Shown: positions 50,811 through 63,793 of the stretch, in pieces
Layout of the letters: each line of letters starts with the position of its first letter
How positions within the stretch are numbered: position 1 is the first letter of the stretch
NCBI GenBank assembly: GCA_964247055.1
Contig: OZ176056.1
Coordinates: 4,588,001 to 4,652,000, forward strand
Reading direction: 5' to 3'
DNA length: 64,000 nt
Source: Paragordius varius
Lineage: Eukaryota; Animalia; Nematomorpha
The notes under the pieces: generated by a model
What the model was told of the DNA's origin: nothing
The model's input: the letters and a program-made list of their open reading frames with translations, nothing else
Database searches by the model: none
Program-made: the position numbers and the translations under genes

Positions 50811-52384
50811 AATGTGGCGTGTTTTACACCATTGAATGTGAAATAAATGATGTTGATGATGAAATTCTTGTTATTATACCACATAAGCTATCTTTTTGCT
50901 ATAATATCTATAATATGCCAACTTTTAGCCATTAGGTGGTTTCTAAATATTAAAACAACTGAATGCTAAAAATCAATTATATGTGCATTTTCCTTATGTG
51001 CAACGCGGTACTTAATTTTTTAAGATTCTAAAAGTTGGTACTATTCAGAAATGTAGACAAATACTTGACGCTATATTTGTTAAACTAAACGTTTTTATGA
51101 AAAAACTCTGAAATAGTTCCGATTATAGGATACCGTACCACAAAAGAATAATCATTTGATTATGTTATTGATTATTCTGTGATTATAGTTATGATTTTTA
51201 TCGTATCCGAATTTTTAGGCAAAAGGTAAAAAAACCAACAGGTAATAATTTTAGATTTTTAATTTGTAAAAATATTTTATAGGGCAATATGATTGAATAT
51301 AGGTGTTAAATACAAATGGAATATAAACAATAATAAATTAATAAAATTGAAAAAATATATAATAAAATTGTTGCTTTGCTTAATAAATAATGATTAATAA
51401 ATCATACACAACCTAATTAGATATTTATACATTGTTAATTTCAAACTGCCTTAAAACCTATTTTGAGCTAAATCAAAAAATTCGCATAAAGATTATCAAT
51501 TTAGTGTCTTTTCCTATGAAGGCGCCCTATTTATTTATAAAAATGTTTATTTTTTAATATTAAAATACAGTTAAGAATCCCAAAAATAATTTTTTATAAC
51601 CTAATTACCCATCTTGTTGTTTGAATTAAGAGATTAAGGGCAAAAGATAGAAAAACATTGCAAAACGAATTCGACAAACTTAAACACCAAACTGTTTAAA
51701 GGTAAATTCAATTCATGGGTTATATTTTACAAAAATATATTATATAATCCTTAGATGCAGGATATGTGAAATAATAATCCTATATATTATATATATGTTT
51801 ATTACTATTTATTTAGAAAACTCAATTATAAATATCTAATTTTTTACAAGTTTATGCCAAATTAATACCAATACATCTATTTGACAAAAGTAACTTTATT
51901 CAAAATAATTTGTTTTCTTATTGCAATCGGAAAGCCGACATGCCTCTAATACAAAATTGGATCTTTGACGACCACAGGCCTAAAGTCATATATTTTATGA
52001 AATATAAAATGAAAATAAAATTTATAAACATTTCACTTATATAAAATTGATGTACCTAAAGATAAAAATCTCCAATGCCTTGATATATATAATATTTAAG
52101 ATGAAGAATTGAATAAAGTATGAGCTTACATAAAATATCTTAATTCATGTCCAAATTATTGTACTATAAGAAAAAATTAAAATCCAGAAAACACGACATT
52201 GTTCCAAAATATAATAGTAATGATGCATATATAGTATATTATATAGAATTTTCACAAAACGAATTAATTAGTTTATACTGCCCGCGTTGAATATTTTTTA
52301 ATAAATTTAAAGTTTGGCTGGGGTATGTAATAATCTAAGTTAAATCAAAGTATAAATCAAAAAAGTAATGACATGTATTATTTA

Positions 52385-52956
52385 TTATGATCCGTAAGCC
52401 GGTAGTTCTGATATGTAATTAAATATTTTATCATATATATCTGCATAAGCCGTATTTTTATGGACCATAACTACACATGTTGACCTATTGCTACCAAAAG
52501 CTGATCCCAATTCCTATTAAAATTAATAATTAAAATGTGTGCAAAATATATAATAATAAGTTAAAAAATTTGACTGGAAATTATATACATTTTTAGATGG
52601 AACAAATATGTATGGTATATCTTTCTCCTCACAAAATACGGGGAAATGTGATATGATATCAATAGGGCTGGTATCTCCTGCCAAAACAACTATTCTTATT
52701 AATTTATAAATAAACCTTACCCCTTTTCACCCTTCCTAATTGCTTTCTGAACAGATTTGACACCAATTTTTAGCGTCTTCGCTTTAAGTCCTATATCATA
52801 AATATAATATATACCTTTCTTAGCTATCTTCAAAATTTTTTTATTCATTTTTTCTGATGCTAAGGGATACGCAATTGCAGTAACATGTTGGCAAAGTTTT
52901 GAATAATTATATTTTTCTTTACAATTTTCTTGATCCATGCTTTCGTCGACCGACAT
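52385..52956 (-). CDS. NHP2: H/ACA ribonucleoprotein complex subunit 2 (L7Ae family)
   Basis: Exons 52815-52956, 52721-52790, 52589-52694, 52385-52513 (148 aa). Motifs AIAYPLASEK, GVKSVQKAIRKGEKGIVVLAGDTSPIDIISHFPVFCEEKDIPYIFVPSKNELGSAFGSNRSTCVVMV. Confidence 0.95.
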
Positions 52957-53026
52957 TATAAAGGTTAATATAAATGTGTAAATTTTAACCACTATTTGTA
53001 AATAATAAATGAAATTTTTCAATTAA

Positions 53027-53552
53027 CACTTGGATACAACGCATATATATTAGTCCTTCGATTCAAATTGGGGTAGTTAAATACCCAGGCTTGTTTAAGA
53101 TTAAATCCTTTAAAAATCATGAAAGGAATCAAAACCATGGCAGAATATTTTGCACTTATATAACATCCATCAACCGAAATAAATAAAAAATTTTATTCAA
53201 AAATACTTGATATTACTTATTTTAAGCTTAACCGAGAGGTAAAAATTTAGTCAACCTGACATTTGGGCAATGGTAAAATTAAAAAATAATACAAATTAAC
53301 CGCTTTTTCTATTTCTATTAATGTTAGATGTAAGCTTTAATTTCACCCTTAAAAATAAACGAATACGGTATTTTGCAACGAATTTGCAAAATAAAAATGA
53401 CGTCGAAGTAGTATGACATGGAATTTTTTTTCAAAACAAATTATTATTTAGATTAGGCATATTTATATAATTTTTAGGATAGAAGCATAAATTTTAATTG
53501 GGACCGTTTCCTTTAGTTGTTTTTTATGTAACTAAAATTTAGTCTGGGGTTG
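53027..53552 (+). mobile_element. piggyBac-like MITE family E copy, 70 bp upstream of the NHP2 start codon
   Basis: TTAA|CACTTGGATACAAC at 53023; colinear with 47935-48512; short deletion in the 3' subterminal region; ends TG|TTAA (53553-53556). Confidence 0.85.
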
Positions 53553-54199
53553 TTAAAATATTATAACATAAGTGATAGAGGGCAAATTAAGGTATTAACA
53601 ATATTTAATTTCACAATTTTTACCTATTTTGTCACAAGCATATATCATTAGATACTTTTTGTTAATAGGTTAAATATTATTTTTTTATAACAGTTGTAAA
53701 GGTGTATATAATTAGGAGAACACTCCTCAATAAAGTGTTTTATTTAAAATTTGGGTATTGATAGTCAAACCAAAACATTTTTAAAACAGGTATTTAAAAA
53801 AAAACTTATTAGTAACAGTTTTAGCGATTTTAACAAATATAATAAAAATTTAAAAGTAAATATAACGATACACATTTAATTATTAATATCTGTACTAAAT
53901 TTACTATTAAAAAATTAATACCAATCATATAATATAAAATGAGTTTTCAAATTAAAAGCCGTATGCTATATTCAATATCTTTAGTTTTGACAATATAAAA
54001 TTATTATTATAAATTTTTATGGTCGTTTTGTTTTCTATTGTCAAAATACATTGTGTAGAAAAAAATATCAGGATGAAATATGTATATTTTGAAAATACCA
54101 GGAATCTCATAAAGCTTTTGGTTTTGGGACTTGCGGGTGATATAAGAAATTTATCAAAACTTTTAAGTGCTCTATATTAATGACATTTGAGGACATTTT

Positions 54200-55050
54200 G
54201 AAATAAAATCTATTGATGAAAGCTAAATGCTTTACTTTAAAATATATCATCAAAATTATCATAAACTAATTATAAAAAGCTAAACAATGTTTTAGTATTT
54301 TAGTGTTTAAACGTGGCTCCAAAAGTCCCATTTATTGCTTTTAAAAAAAATTTTTACATCTCAATTTCCACATCAAAAAATATTTTTAAAAATTGCATAC
54401 TTTTGGCAAAATTTGTTGAAGCGTACTTCATGCTTCTTAGGCATGATGAGAGGCATGATAACTCTCTATATAATTTGATGTTAAACATTACTATCACCAG
54501 GTTTGATTAAAATATTCTATCTTTTACATAAAAAGTCACCAAAATTAATTAACTTTTAAACTTAAATAAGAAAGCGATAGAAATGTTAAGCATCATCAAT
54601 ATGGAAAAAGGTTATTTAGAAAAATATCGTATTCATATCTAAAAATAGTTGAAAGTACGCTTCAAATTATGCTAAAATTAGAATTTTTAAGTGTGCTTTT
54701 TTAAAATATTTATTTTTTGATTTACAAATTATTATTTTAAAATTGTATGGCTAACGGACTTTTTGCGTTTATTTTAAAAGAACTATCCCGACTTGGAGGA
54801 CCAAAAAATTTTCGGACTTTTGAAGCTCACATCTTAAATTAAAATATTATAAAAAATTTGTTTTGTCTTTCATAAGTAGTTTATGATATATTTTAGTAAT
54901 ATTTTTTGGAATGAAGCCTTTAGCTTCCATCAAAAAAATTATGAAAAATTTTATCAAATTTCGCCATTTTCTGATATGAAGCACTTTGCACAAAGTGTAA
55001 ATAACTTTATTATCACTCGTAAAGGCCAAACCAAAAGGAGAATCATAAGA
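54200..55050. repeat. Family C repeat copy with inverted arms
   Basis: 54243-54285 is approximately the reverse complement of 54860-54900; core AAAATTTGTTGAAGCGTA; arm motif matches 18750-18790 and 20420-20460. Confidence 0.45.
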
Positions 55051-55813
55051 CTGTTGCCTAAAGAAATTTTTGACTATCCATTTGTTCATTGTGGAAGTAA
55101 ATTAAATGAAAAAGTCTGGATTTACATTATATCAAATTTATGGTAGAACTTCTTTTGAATCGAATTATTTTGATATATACAGAATATAACTATAAAAAAG
55201 GGAGCTAATAAGCCTGTGATTAATCTATAGTTTTTTTATGAGTTATATTTATCAAATTATTAATTTTTCTGGAACGATTATGTTGCAGTTAAAAAAATTA
55301 AACATATTATATAATAAACGGGTATATTTAATACAGCATCCTATAAATATGATAAAAAATTCATAAAACCATGCTTTGCAAAATAAGTTTTAAGCGAGCA
55401 ATTTTTTCATTTAACAGTTTCATAATAAATTTGTTTATAACCCTTAAAGGACAATTATATCTCTGTTTCTACTGATAAAAAATTATATAAATAATTTATT
55501 TATACAATAAAATCAATAAAATGTATTATGGTTCCCTAACCTTTGAGGAGAAATGCTTATAATTAATAACAACTGTAAATATTACAAAAGTTCCCGTTTT
55601 TTAGTGGACCGAATATAAATAATTTATGAAAAAACTACTAATTTTATATATTATATGTGAGAAATAATATATATTTTGCGTAGGCATATATAGTTAATTA
55701 TTCTCATAAATTTTACTCAACAAAATTTTTAGGAGTATGGGTACATATCCATTAATTTACAAAAAATTGTTCATAAAAATCATGTTTAAAACCTAAATAC
55801 AACACATTCAAGA

Positions 55814-56065
55814 ACACTGCAATTCTAAATGGGGAATCTACAAATTATATTATTTTTTAAAAACTACTGAAAGAAACGGTCCCAATTTAAATTTATAATT
55901 TAATAAAAAATGTAGTAATAAGCCGGAATATCTAATAAAACGTCTTATGAGAAAAAGGTTTTATAAACAACTTTGCCGACATTTTTATTTTGAATTTTTT
56001 ACAGGCCTGAGGTAACCAATTACCTTAATTGAATCGAAAGACTGAAATTCTGTTGTATCTAAGTG
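55814..56065 (-). mobile_element. Internally deleted family E MITE
   Basis: Joins the reverse-strand 3' part (AAAAACTACTGAAAGAAACGGTCCCAATT) to the reverse-strand 5' end GTTGTATCTAAGTG|TTAA (56066-56069). Confidence 0.7.
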
Positions 56066-56128
56066 TTAAAACTCTTCCATATATAAAACTCAAAATTCTC
56101 CACTCTTTATAATTAACACTCACTTTAA

Positions 56129-56675
56129 CACTTGGATACAACACATTCATTTCAGTCCTTAGATTCAAATTAGGGTAATAGGATACCCCAGGCCTGTTTA
56201 AAGTTATATTCTTTAAAAAATATGGAAGGAATTGAATCCATGGTAAATTTTGCACTTATATATCATTAATAAACCGAATTTAATAAAATTTATTCAAAAA
56301 TACTTGATATTCCTTATTTTAAGCTAAAACCGAGAGGTAAAAATTTAGTAGTGAGATGTGTGCAATATTAAAATGGAAAAATAATACAAAATAAACCACT
56401 TTTTTCTACATCTATCGACAATAGATGTAATTTAAATAAAAAATTACCTTTAATTACCATTAAAATTAACAGAAGACAATATTTTGCTTTTGTAAAATAA
56501 TGGCGTTGAAGTAGTTTGACATGAAACTTTTTTTAAAAATTTTACTTAGATATTTAAGCATATTTATATACTTTTTATTAGGATGGAAGCAAAAGTGGGA
56601 CTGTTTCTTTCAGTATTTTTAAAAATCCCTTAAATTAAGACTAAGTTATTTAGATATTCCAATTAAAATCGAGTG
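56129..56675 (+). mobile_element. Family E MITE, full-length diverged copy
   Basis: TTAA (56125-56128)|CACTTGGATACAAC ... ATCGAGTG|TTAA (56676-56679); colinear with 47935-48512. Confidence 0.85.
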
Positions 56676-59600
56676 TTAAAGCTATAAGAATTTGATTCAT
56701 TAATATCTGAATCAATGATGTTTTAAAAGATATATTATTAGGGCACATATGTTACGTTAAAAATAAATATCTAACACTAAAGGCAATATATTATGTATTG
56801 TTGGACTAATTTAGCATTAATATAAGAGTTTGATTTAGCACAAAATATTTTAGAAAGCGAATTTTAATCACATAAAATTTTTATAACAGGTACTAACATC
56901 CCCTAACTTAATCCAATTTCGGGTTAAAACACCTGAATCAATTATTAACCTTGTAATCCCTATTCTAAAATACCTGGAATATATTATTACTACTTTATAC
57001 CATTACAATTAAAAAAGATTTTATGAAAAAATCATAATACATGAAAACTAATATAAACTAATTAGTTGTGTTGTATGCCTTACATCTTTTTTTTTAATTT
57101 TGGCGTTTATCATTTTTATGCTTAAATAATTTAATACGGAATTATAAGGCACAACTATATGGCTTTATTTTTTATTAAAAAAGCCTCCAAATTTGTACGC
57201 TTTTTATTAATAAGAGAGGAGAATTTCCTATATAGCAATCTTGATTTTCATGTCTAAAACGAGGGTGCCTAATATGTAGTTCCCACGAAAAAATGAACAC
57301 ATACAAAATATTCATGATTTACTCTCCCCACAAAATCTTTAAAAATTAATATTTTAAACAAATTTTTTGGCTAAGTTTTTCCAAAGAAGATTATTGTGTT
57401 CAGGTTATGTTACAGGTTATTCTAACAAAATAAAATATTATTTATTAATGCCCATAATTTTTCAAATGCGTTTGCCGGATTTTTTGATCATGCGGCCTGA
57501 GAAACTATTTGTTAAATTTTGCCTTAATTTATATTAAAAATTCAATCGAATTTCTTAAATATAAGCATCCTTTCAGATCACAGACTTTTTTTCAATGAAT
57601 TGTTTAATTATATTGAGGAAATAAATTCTACCCAAACTTTTAAATAAAATCCTCGGGATTTTTTCCATATTAATTTAAGGCAATTTTGCAATGTTTAATA
57701 TTCTGCTTTAAGTGAATCAACCGTTAAGTTACATACCAGGAAAAATACATATAAATGATAACTAAGCAAATATAATTCATAGAAACTTGTCAATTTTTCC
57801 TTTATATTAATGGCATCAGAGTATAATGGTCATATAAATCTTACCCTACAATCAGTGGTGTAATAAGTAAAATAGATATAATTTTAATAAATTATTACAC
57901 TAGACAACAAATTTTTCTGCCACTCGAGTTTTTTGCATTTTTTGATATTTAATATCATTTTAACAGTAAATCTGAAATAAAAATTATAACTCGTTGGAAG
58001 AATTTTGTATAATTTGATTTTTTAGATTATGCGCCCTCTTTATCAAAATAATACTAAAAAATGTTTTTCTTTGAAAATATACAAGTAATGCCCATTTGTA
58101 ATATATCATTCGAAAGAGTATTAAAAACTCTATAAAATGTATACTAATATGTATTACATCGACAGTTAATATTGGACACAAAGAGCGACAAACGCGCGAA
58201 GCGAGAGCATTTTTTTTAATTATTATATTTTTAAAACTAATGGATGAAAATAGCTCAAACTTTGTTTAGATGGAGATGAATGTCCAAAAAAGATAACACA
58301 AGAAAGTTTTTTTTGATTAAAACATTTATTATTGCTTTTATGTCACTCAAAACAGCCATTTTTAAGTTTTTTCTTTTTTAAAAATTACCATCTCATCAAT
58401 ATTAATTTATTTTCTATACAAAGCTGATAATTTCGAAAATTTAAAAATAAAAACAAAGTTTAAGGTGTTTTTATCTTTTATAGCCATTATGTAATAAATT
58501 TACAGTTATAACTATGCATTTTAGTAACCACTAGGTAAAATATTTATGATAATAATAATTTTTATTAAAAAAGCAAACCAAAAGCTTTTTTAAACATTAT
58601 TTTTAAATTAAATACTAATATAACCCTAATAATAATATTAAAATAATTTAAATGATTTCCAAATTAGTTTGTCTGTGAAAATTCTTGACTTATTTAAGGA
58701 TTGAAAATTTTGACCATTTAAATCCAAATAACTTTTACATCCGATGGATTTAAATGACTTACTACCATTTTAAAGATGCAGTTTTTTGCGCTCTTTCGAA
58801 TGATATAAAATACATGGCTTCATATCTAAAACTTTAAATTTATGAAATTTCGAGTTTAATATTAAATCGGGGCCAAAAATTATCGATAAACTCTACTATA
58901 AAAAAATTCTTTCATGTAGGACCAATTTTCTTTTCAGATATACTAATTATGTACTTTAATGAAATAAATATTAAATTTACAAGAATGGCAGTTAAAAAAG
59001 GTTAAATGTGTCTAGTGTTAGTAAAAAATAACTTTTTAAACAATTGATATATATGATATCTTTGCTAAGATTTCGAGAATAACGCATTATTATATACAAT
59101 GCAATTTATATAGAATTAAGGTAGAATTCGAAAGTATTTATACGCATCTAGATTAATTTTAAATAAGATTAGTATTTTTTATTATAATGGACTTAAATGG
59201 TTTTTTTTAAATTTTGAGCGGGATTCCTAAAACATATAAACAGCAAAATATTTATTAAATACAATCTTTCTCTAGAATAAGACAATCATTGTTAAATATG
59301 TATATTAATAGTAAAAACATTTTTTATGGAAATTGATGGATATGTAGCCTATACTGCTTAAATCCATAAAATAGAATTAAATATTTTTTTGTGAGGTAAA
59401 TGGGTCTTATAAGATTGCAAATCTATTTCAATCAAGCCTGTTTCCAACGTATGATAAAATATAAAAAATATTAACTTTTTCATAAATTATTTATAGTATT
59501 TGGGCTACTAAAACGGGATATTTGTAATTTATACTGTTGTCACTACAAAATATATAAGCATTTTTCGTCAAAGGTGAGATTGTATCATAATACAATAATT

Positions 59601-59790
59601 TATATTATTTCAAAAATAAATTATTTATATGATTTTTTATATCAGTGAGGAAACTCAGGATTACTAATTATTCAAAGGCTTACATCAGCAAATTTATATG
59701 AAAAATATATATTATTTTATTATGTTTATATAAAAATAATGTGTTCGCGTATATCTTATTTTCTTAATATTAATTACCGTGACAACCGCC

Positions 59791-61194
59791 ATGAAAAAAT
59801 CAACTCTAACCAAAACTAATTTATACGTTTCTTATATCATTCTCATCCTTGGTGTAATTGGTAATGTTATAGCTGTTGGCCTAAGTCTAAACACCTATAA
59901 ATGCTTCAGAAAAAGGAGAAGTAAACCCCCAGTTCCCGATCAGACTCGTTTAAATGTTATTCTGCTGGCCTGGTTTTATGCATGTTCGATTCCTGTGGTA
60001 CTTTTACAAATTCCCCTACCTATCATACATATCACTGTACAGGGCATCTGTTGCAATACGGTTTGGAATAGTTTTGCGTGGACATTTTATTTGGCTCGTG
60101 TACATTACCCCTTAACACGTATCCTCATGAGTTTTTCCTTCTCCATATTTTTCCTCTTTTTTGCGTGTCAGCTCTTAGTAGTGATATATCCAACTCGGTT
60201 TGAACGTATTCTCCAACGCAAATATATAGCACTGTACATGCTTTTATCCATAGTGTATTGTGTAGCTTGGTATGTTCCAACTTATCGCTGGTTTCAGATT
60301 CGATGTGCTAAATTCGAACCAAACACTACCATCGTATCCAACTATTATAATAATCGGTTAAAATTACGGTTTGTGGATAGACCATGTAATGATACACGAC
60401 CTATATATCTTTACATGCAACACCTGAATTTATCGTTGAGCCGGTCAACTTCGTGGAGAGTGTATCAAATTATGCGTGAACTATGCGTCAATATAATCCC
60501 TGTTTTAATCCTAGTTTGTATTAAGTATATGGTACGAAAAAAACGAACCGTAGCTCCTTACGCTGGTAATATTACGGCATCAACCAATGAAAGTTTGAAA
60601 TCTTCTAATAATGGACGCCGCCCAAGGAAGAAAAAAACTATATTTGCCGCAAAAAGTAATGTTATAGCTCCGTATCAAACGAACACCTGTAATAGTTGTC
60701 ATCAACAAAATCAAACACCACCCAATAATGAATACAATAAAAGTAGCGCAATTTCAGACCAAATAACACCCTCAACTACCATTGTATCACCCACAAACCC
60801 ACCAGATATCTTCATTTGTTCAAGCATACTTATGTGGGTTCGCCCATTCAGTGTCAGGATAAGGTCAGGTACAAACAAGTCAGTACCACGTGCCAGACCC
60901 AATTCCTTTTGTATGGGTATACGGTCTCATGAACTCCAACAACACACTAAAACACTGTATGTTTTATTGACTGAGTTCTTACTTTTCCTCCTACCCATAA
61001 GTGTTATGGAAATGTGGGTAGACTACTTAGTACTACATTATGAAAATCGTACGGTTGATGATTGGTATCAATTCTTAAACACATTGCAATACCTATTTTT
61101 TAGTGTAACTTTTTACGTTAACATAGCTTTCAACCCGGGTTACCGACAAAGCTTATGCAAATACATGAATTATTTATTCAATAAAAGAACCTAA
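59791..61194 (+). CDS. Divergent rhodopsin-like (class A) GPCR, peptide-receptor-like orphan, single ORF
   Basis: Open frame of 467 codons from the first ATG (59791). TM1 ILGVIGNVIAV, about seven hydrophobic segments, TM5 NIIPVLILV, long ICL3, TM6 EFLLFLLP, TM7 FYVNIAFN plus helix 8 YRQSL. An upstream N-terminal exon cannot be excluded. Confidence 0.82.
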   Translation: MKKSTLTKTNLYVSYIILILGVIGNVIAVGLSLNTYKCFRKRRSKPPVPDQTRLNVILLAWFYACSIPVVLLQIPLPIIHITVQGICCNTVWNSFAWTFYLARVHYPLTRILMSFSFSIFFLFFACQLLVVIYPTRFERILQRKYIALYMLLSIVYCVAWYVPTYRWFQIRCAKFEPNTTIVSNYYNNRLKLRFVDRPCNDTRPIYLYMQHLNLSLSRSTSWRVYQIMRELCVNIIPVLILVCIKYMVRKKRTVAPYAGNITASTNESLKSSNNGRRPRKKKTIFAAKSNVIAPYQTNTCNSCHQQNQTPPNNEYNKSSAISDQITPSTTIVSPTNPPDIFICSSILMWVRPFSVRIRSGTNKSVPRARPNSFCMGIRSHELQQHTKTLYVLLTEFLLFLLPISVMEMWVDYLVLHYENRTVDDWYQFLNTLQYLFFSVTFYVNIAFNPGYRQSLCKYMNYLFNKRT

Positions 61195-61735
61195 AAAACT
61201 AACTATATTATATATTATTTGTTCGATCAAATTTGAATTGGGCAATAAATTAAATTTGAGATATATAATGAATATTACATTTGAATTATATACGTGAAAT
61301 GATAATATTGATATTTACTTAAAATTATTTTTTATTGCAAAATATAGGTGATATTCCAATTTACCTTATACATATACATATATATAAGAAAACAATTTAA
61401 TGATTAATGGTTTAACAATATGCTAAAAAATTAAAATGTCATTGGACGAAATCGAAATATATACAGACTCTACTTTCCGTTTTTTTGTGGTAGTATAAGA
61501 AATAATTTTCATAAAAAATACGACGTTTTATGCAACCATTTTCATAATGCATAGGAACAAAATATATTGGTAAAAATGGCGAATCATAAACTCAATTTAT
61601 CATAATTAAACATAGCTATACATATATACATTTATATTAATCTACTAAATCTTACATAAAAATTATATGCATTTCAACACATAAAATTTAATGATCACAG
61701 AATTATATATGGCTAAAATTTTTACAAAAAAAAAG

Positions 61736-63793
61736 TTATTCCGACATTTCCACGTTGCTTTCTGGCTCAGAATTTTGTGGTTCTGCTTGCGTCCTTGAAA
61801 TTTGATTTTCAGTTTCTCCATATTCATCTTCATCACCAAAAATGGCTGTTTTCATTTCATTTATGCTATTACTATGATCCTCATTACTGTCAGAAAAATC
61901 TTGAGTTTCTTTGCTATAAAGTACAGAAAATTTTTATATAAAAAAGGATATATGTTTATTTCCTTAATTTTTTTGATGTAACCGATTTGGTGTGCAAAAA
62001 ACTACAAATGAGTGGATAACACACACAAAAATAATAATTTTACAATTGGATTTAAGAATTATCCCATAATATATAAGTTATTATCTTTTAGGTTTTTTAT
62101 ATTATGATAATTTAAAACTTTACTTCATATTAGTTGTTTCTAATGGTTGAACATCGTCAATATCAAGTATATCGGTTGGACTTAATTCATCTTCACTGGT
62201 GGAAATGGTTTCTTTGCTCAAATAAGTTTTTTGATGGTGACTTACGTTAGTAGATAAATGTGATTTTTTCTTTATGTCTTCTGAGTGCAATGATTTATTT
62301 CGATGACCATGTTTTTTACCATGTTTTTCATCATCATGCCTTCGTTTTTTCTTATCCCTAAAACAAAAAACAGGTAAGGAATTAAAATAATATAATATTA
62401 TCTGAATAACTCAAATGTTTAGATCAGGGGGTGTCGAACAGGCTGCCTTCCAACATATTTTGTTGTGCGGCCTGCGATAATTTGTGGAAAATTACAAAGC
62501 AAAGACGAATTCTTCACTCTGTTCAGATGATCTCACAATATTACAGAGATAAATTGAAATCCACTTAACCAAATTTTCTGATTAAATCTTTCCGCTTTGT
62601 ATCAAATTAACAGAAATAGGTAATGTAGCACCCTTTTGACAGTTTTTATGCTTTAAAACTTATAAAATATTTATTAGGGTCCATATATATTAAATGGCCT
62701 GCCGAATGTTTCGATCCCAAAATGAGGATCAGGAAACCGTTTGTGTTATACCCCCCTTTAAAACATTATTATAGTATGTAATATCTAAAAAAACAGCATT
62801 TTTTGAATGAAAATTGGCGTAAAAAACTGTAAATTTTTTAAATAAAACAATCCTATTTATATAATAACATTTAAATTTTATTTTTAAAACGTTGTAAATT
62901 TTAGGGCGCCAATTGACAATTAATTAATTAGGCAATAAAAAACTAGAGGCAAGTAATTTTTTGAGTTTATAAACAGATTGTTGGATGGATGTTCATTGGA
63001 AATCTAGATTTTCCTTGTCTTTTATAATTTAACTTTAAAAAGTGACTTGATATATGCATAATCCAATAAAATTTGACAATGATATACAAAAAAGGCAATC
63101 AGGTATAATTTATGTGAAAAAGGCTAATAGGAATGTTAGGGTAAAAAAAGACAATTTGACCCCATAAAAATAATGCTTAATTCTGTAATCTATTTTATAA
63201 ATAATTTATAATGTTGAATCAAAATTATTGTTTATATATACATATATTTTTTGTAGGTGGCAAGTAATGGCAATTATGTTTATCGATTTTAAAATTAATA
63301 GCTACCCTCACACATTACAATTAGAAAAAATATATACATTTCCAAACAATTAAATATATTAAAGTAAGAATCAGTTTTTCAAAACTTTTGCGTGTATCAA
63401 TAACCATATTATTAACATTAATTAGTTGTTATCCCATAACGCATTTTATCAAAGTTTTCAAAATTAATAGATTCTATATATCATTCTGCTAAAAAATTGT
63501 AAAAATATTCAATGCTACTCTTCTTGACAATTATAATCAGTTTTTTACAATTATATATTTTCTTTTGATATTTTCAATATTAGTGTTAATAATATAATTC
63601 ATACCACATACTTTTTATGTTTTTTCAACTTTTTAGCCGCATGTTTATCATCAGCAAGGGCTTTGTCTCTTTTCCGTTTTTTGCGTTGTTCGAGTTTGAG
63701 TTTACGTTTTTTCTCTTGTTTTTTGATTGCTTTGCTATTATCACTCAGGTCAGTGCCTGCCATATCGTCTACCGATGTTTCCTTATCCGTCAT
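61736..63793 (-). CDS. Unknown low-complexity protein: Lys/Arg/His-rich N-half, acidic Ser/Glu/Asp-rich C-half (~197 aa; may have further 5' exons)
   Basis: Exons 63612-63793, 62124-62357, 61736-61913 join in phase 2 with GT-AG sites and end in TAA. Peptides KQEKKRKLKLEQRKKRKRDK, KDKKKRRHDDEKHGKKHGH, IFGDEDEYGE. An AG just upstream of the ATG allows a more 5' exon. Confidence 0.65.
62425..62718. mobile_element. hAT-type MITE in intron 1 of the Lys-rich gene
   Basis: CAGGGGGTGTCGAAC left end, GCGGCCTGCG subterminal motif, degraded right end GCCGAATGTTTCGATCCC. Confidence 0.5.

Noticed and set aside
54847-55146. Overlapping 80-aa and 87-aa ORFs, plus an upstream MANGLFAF... peptide
   Set aside because: They lie in the family C repeat arm that recurs at 18.7, 19.8 and 20.4 kb; no protein motif and no consistent splice path.
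58170-58330. CGCGCGAAGCGAG GC patch as an RNA gene or Helitron-type end
   Set aside because: Single occurrence, with no tRNA/snRNA boxes and no second terminus found; probably an old repeat fragment.
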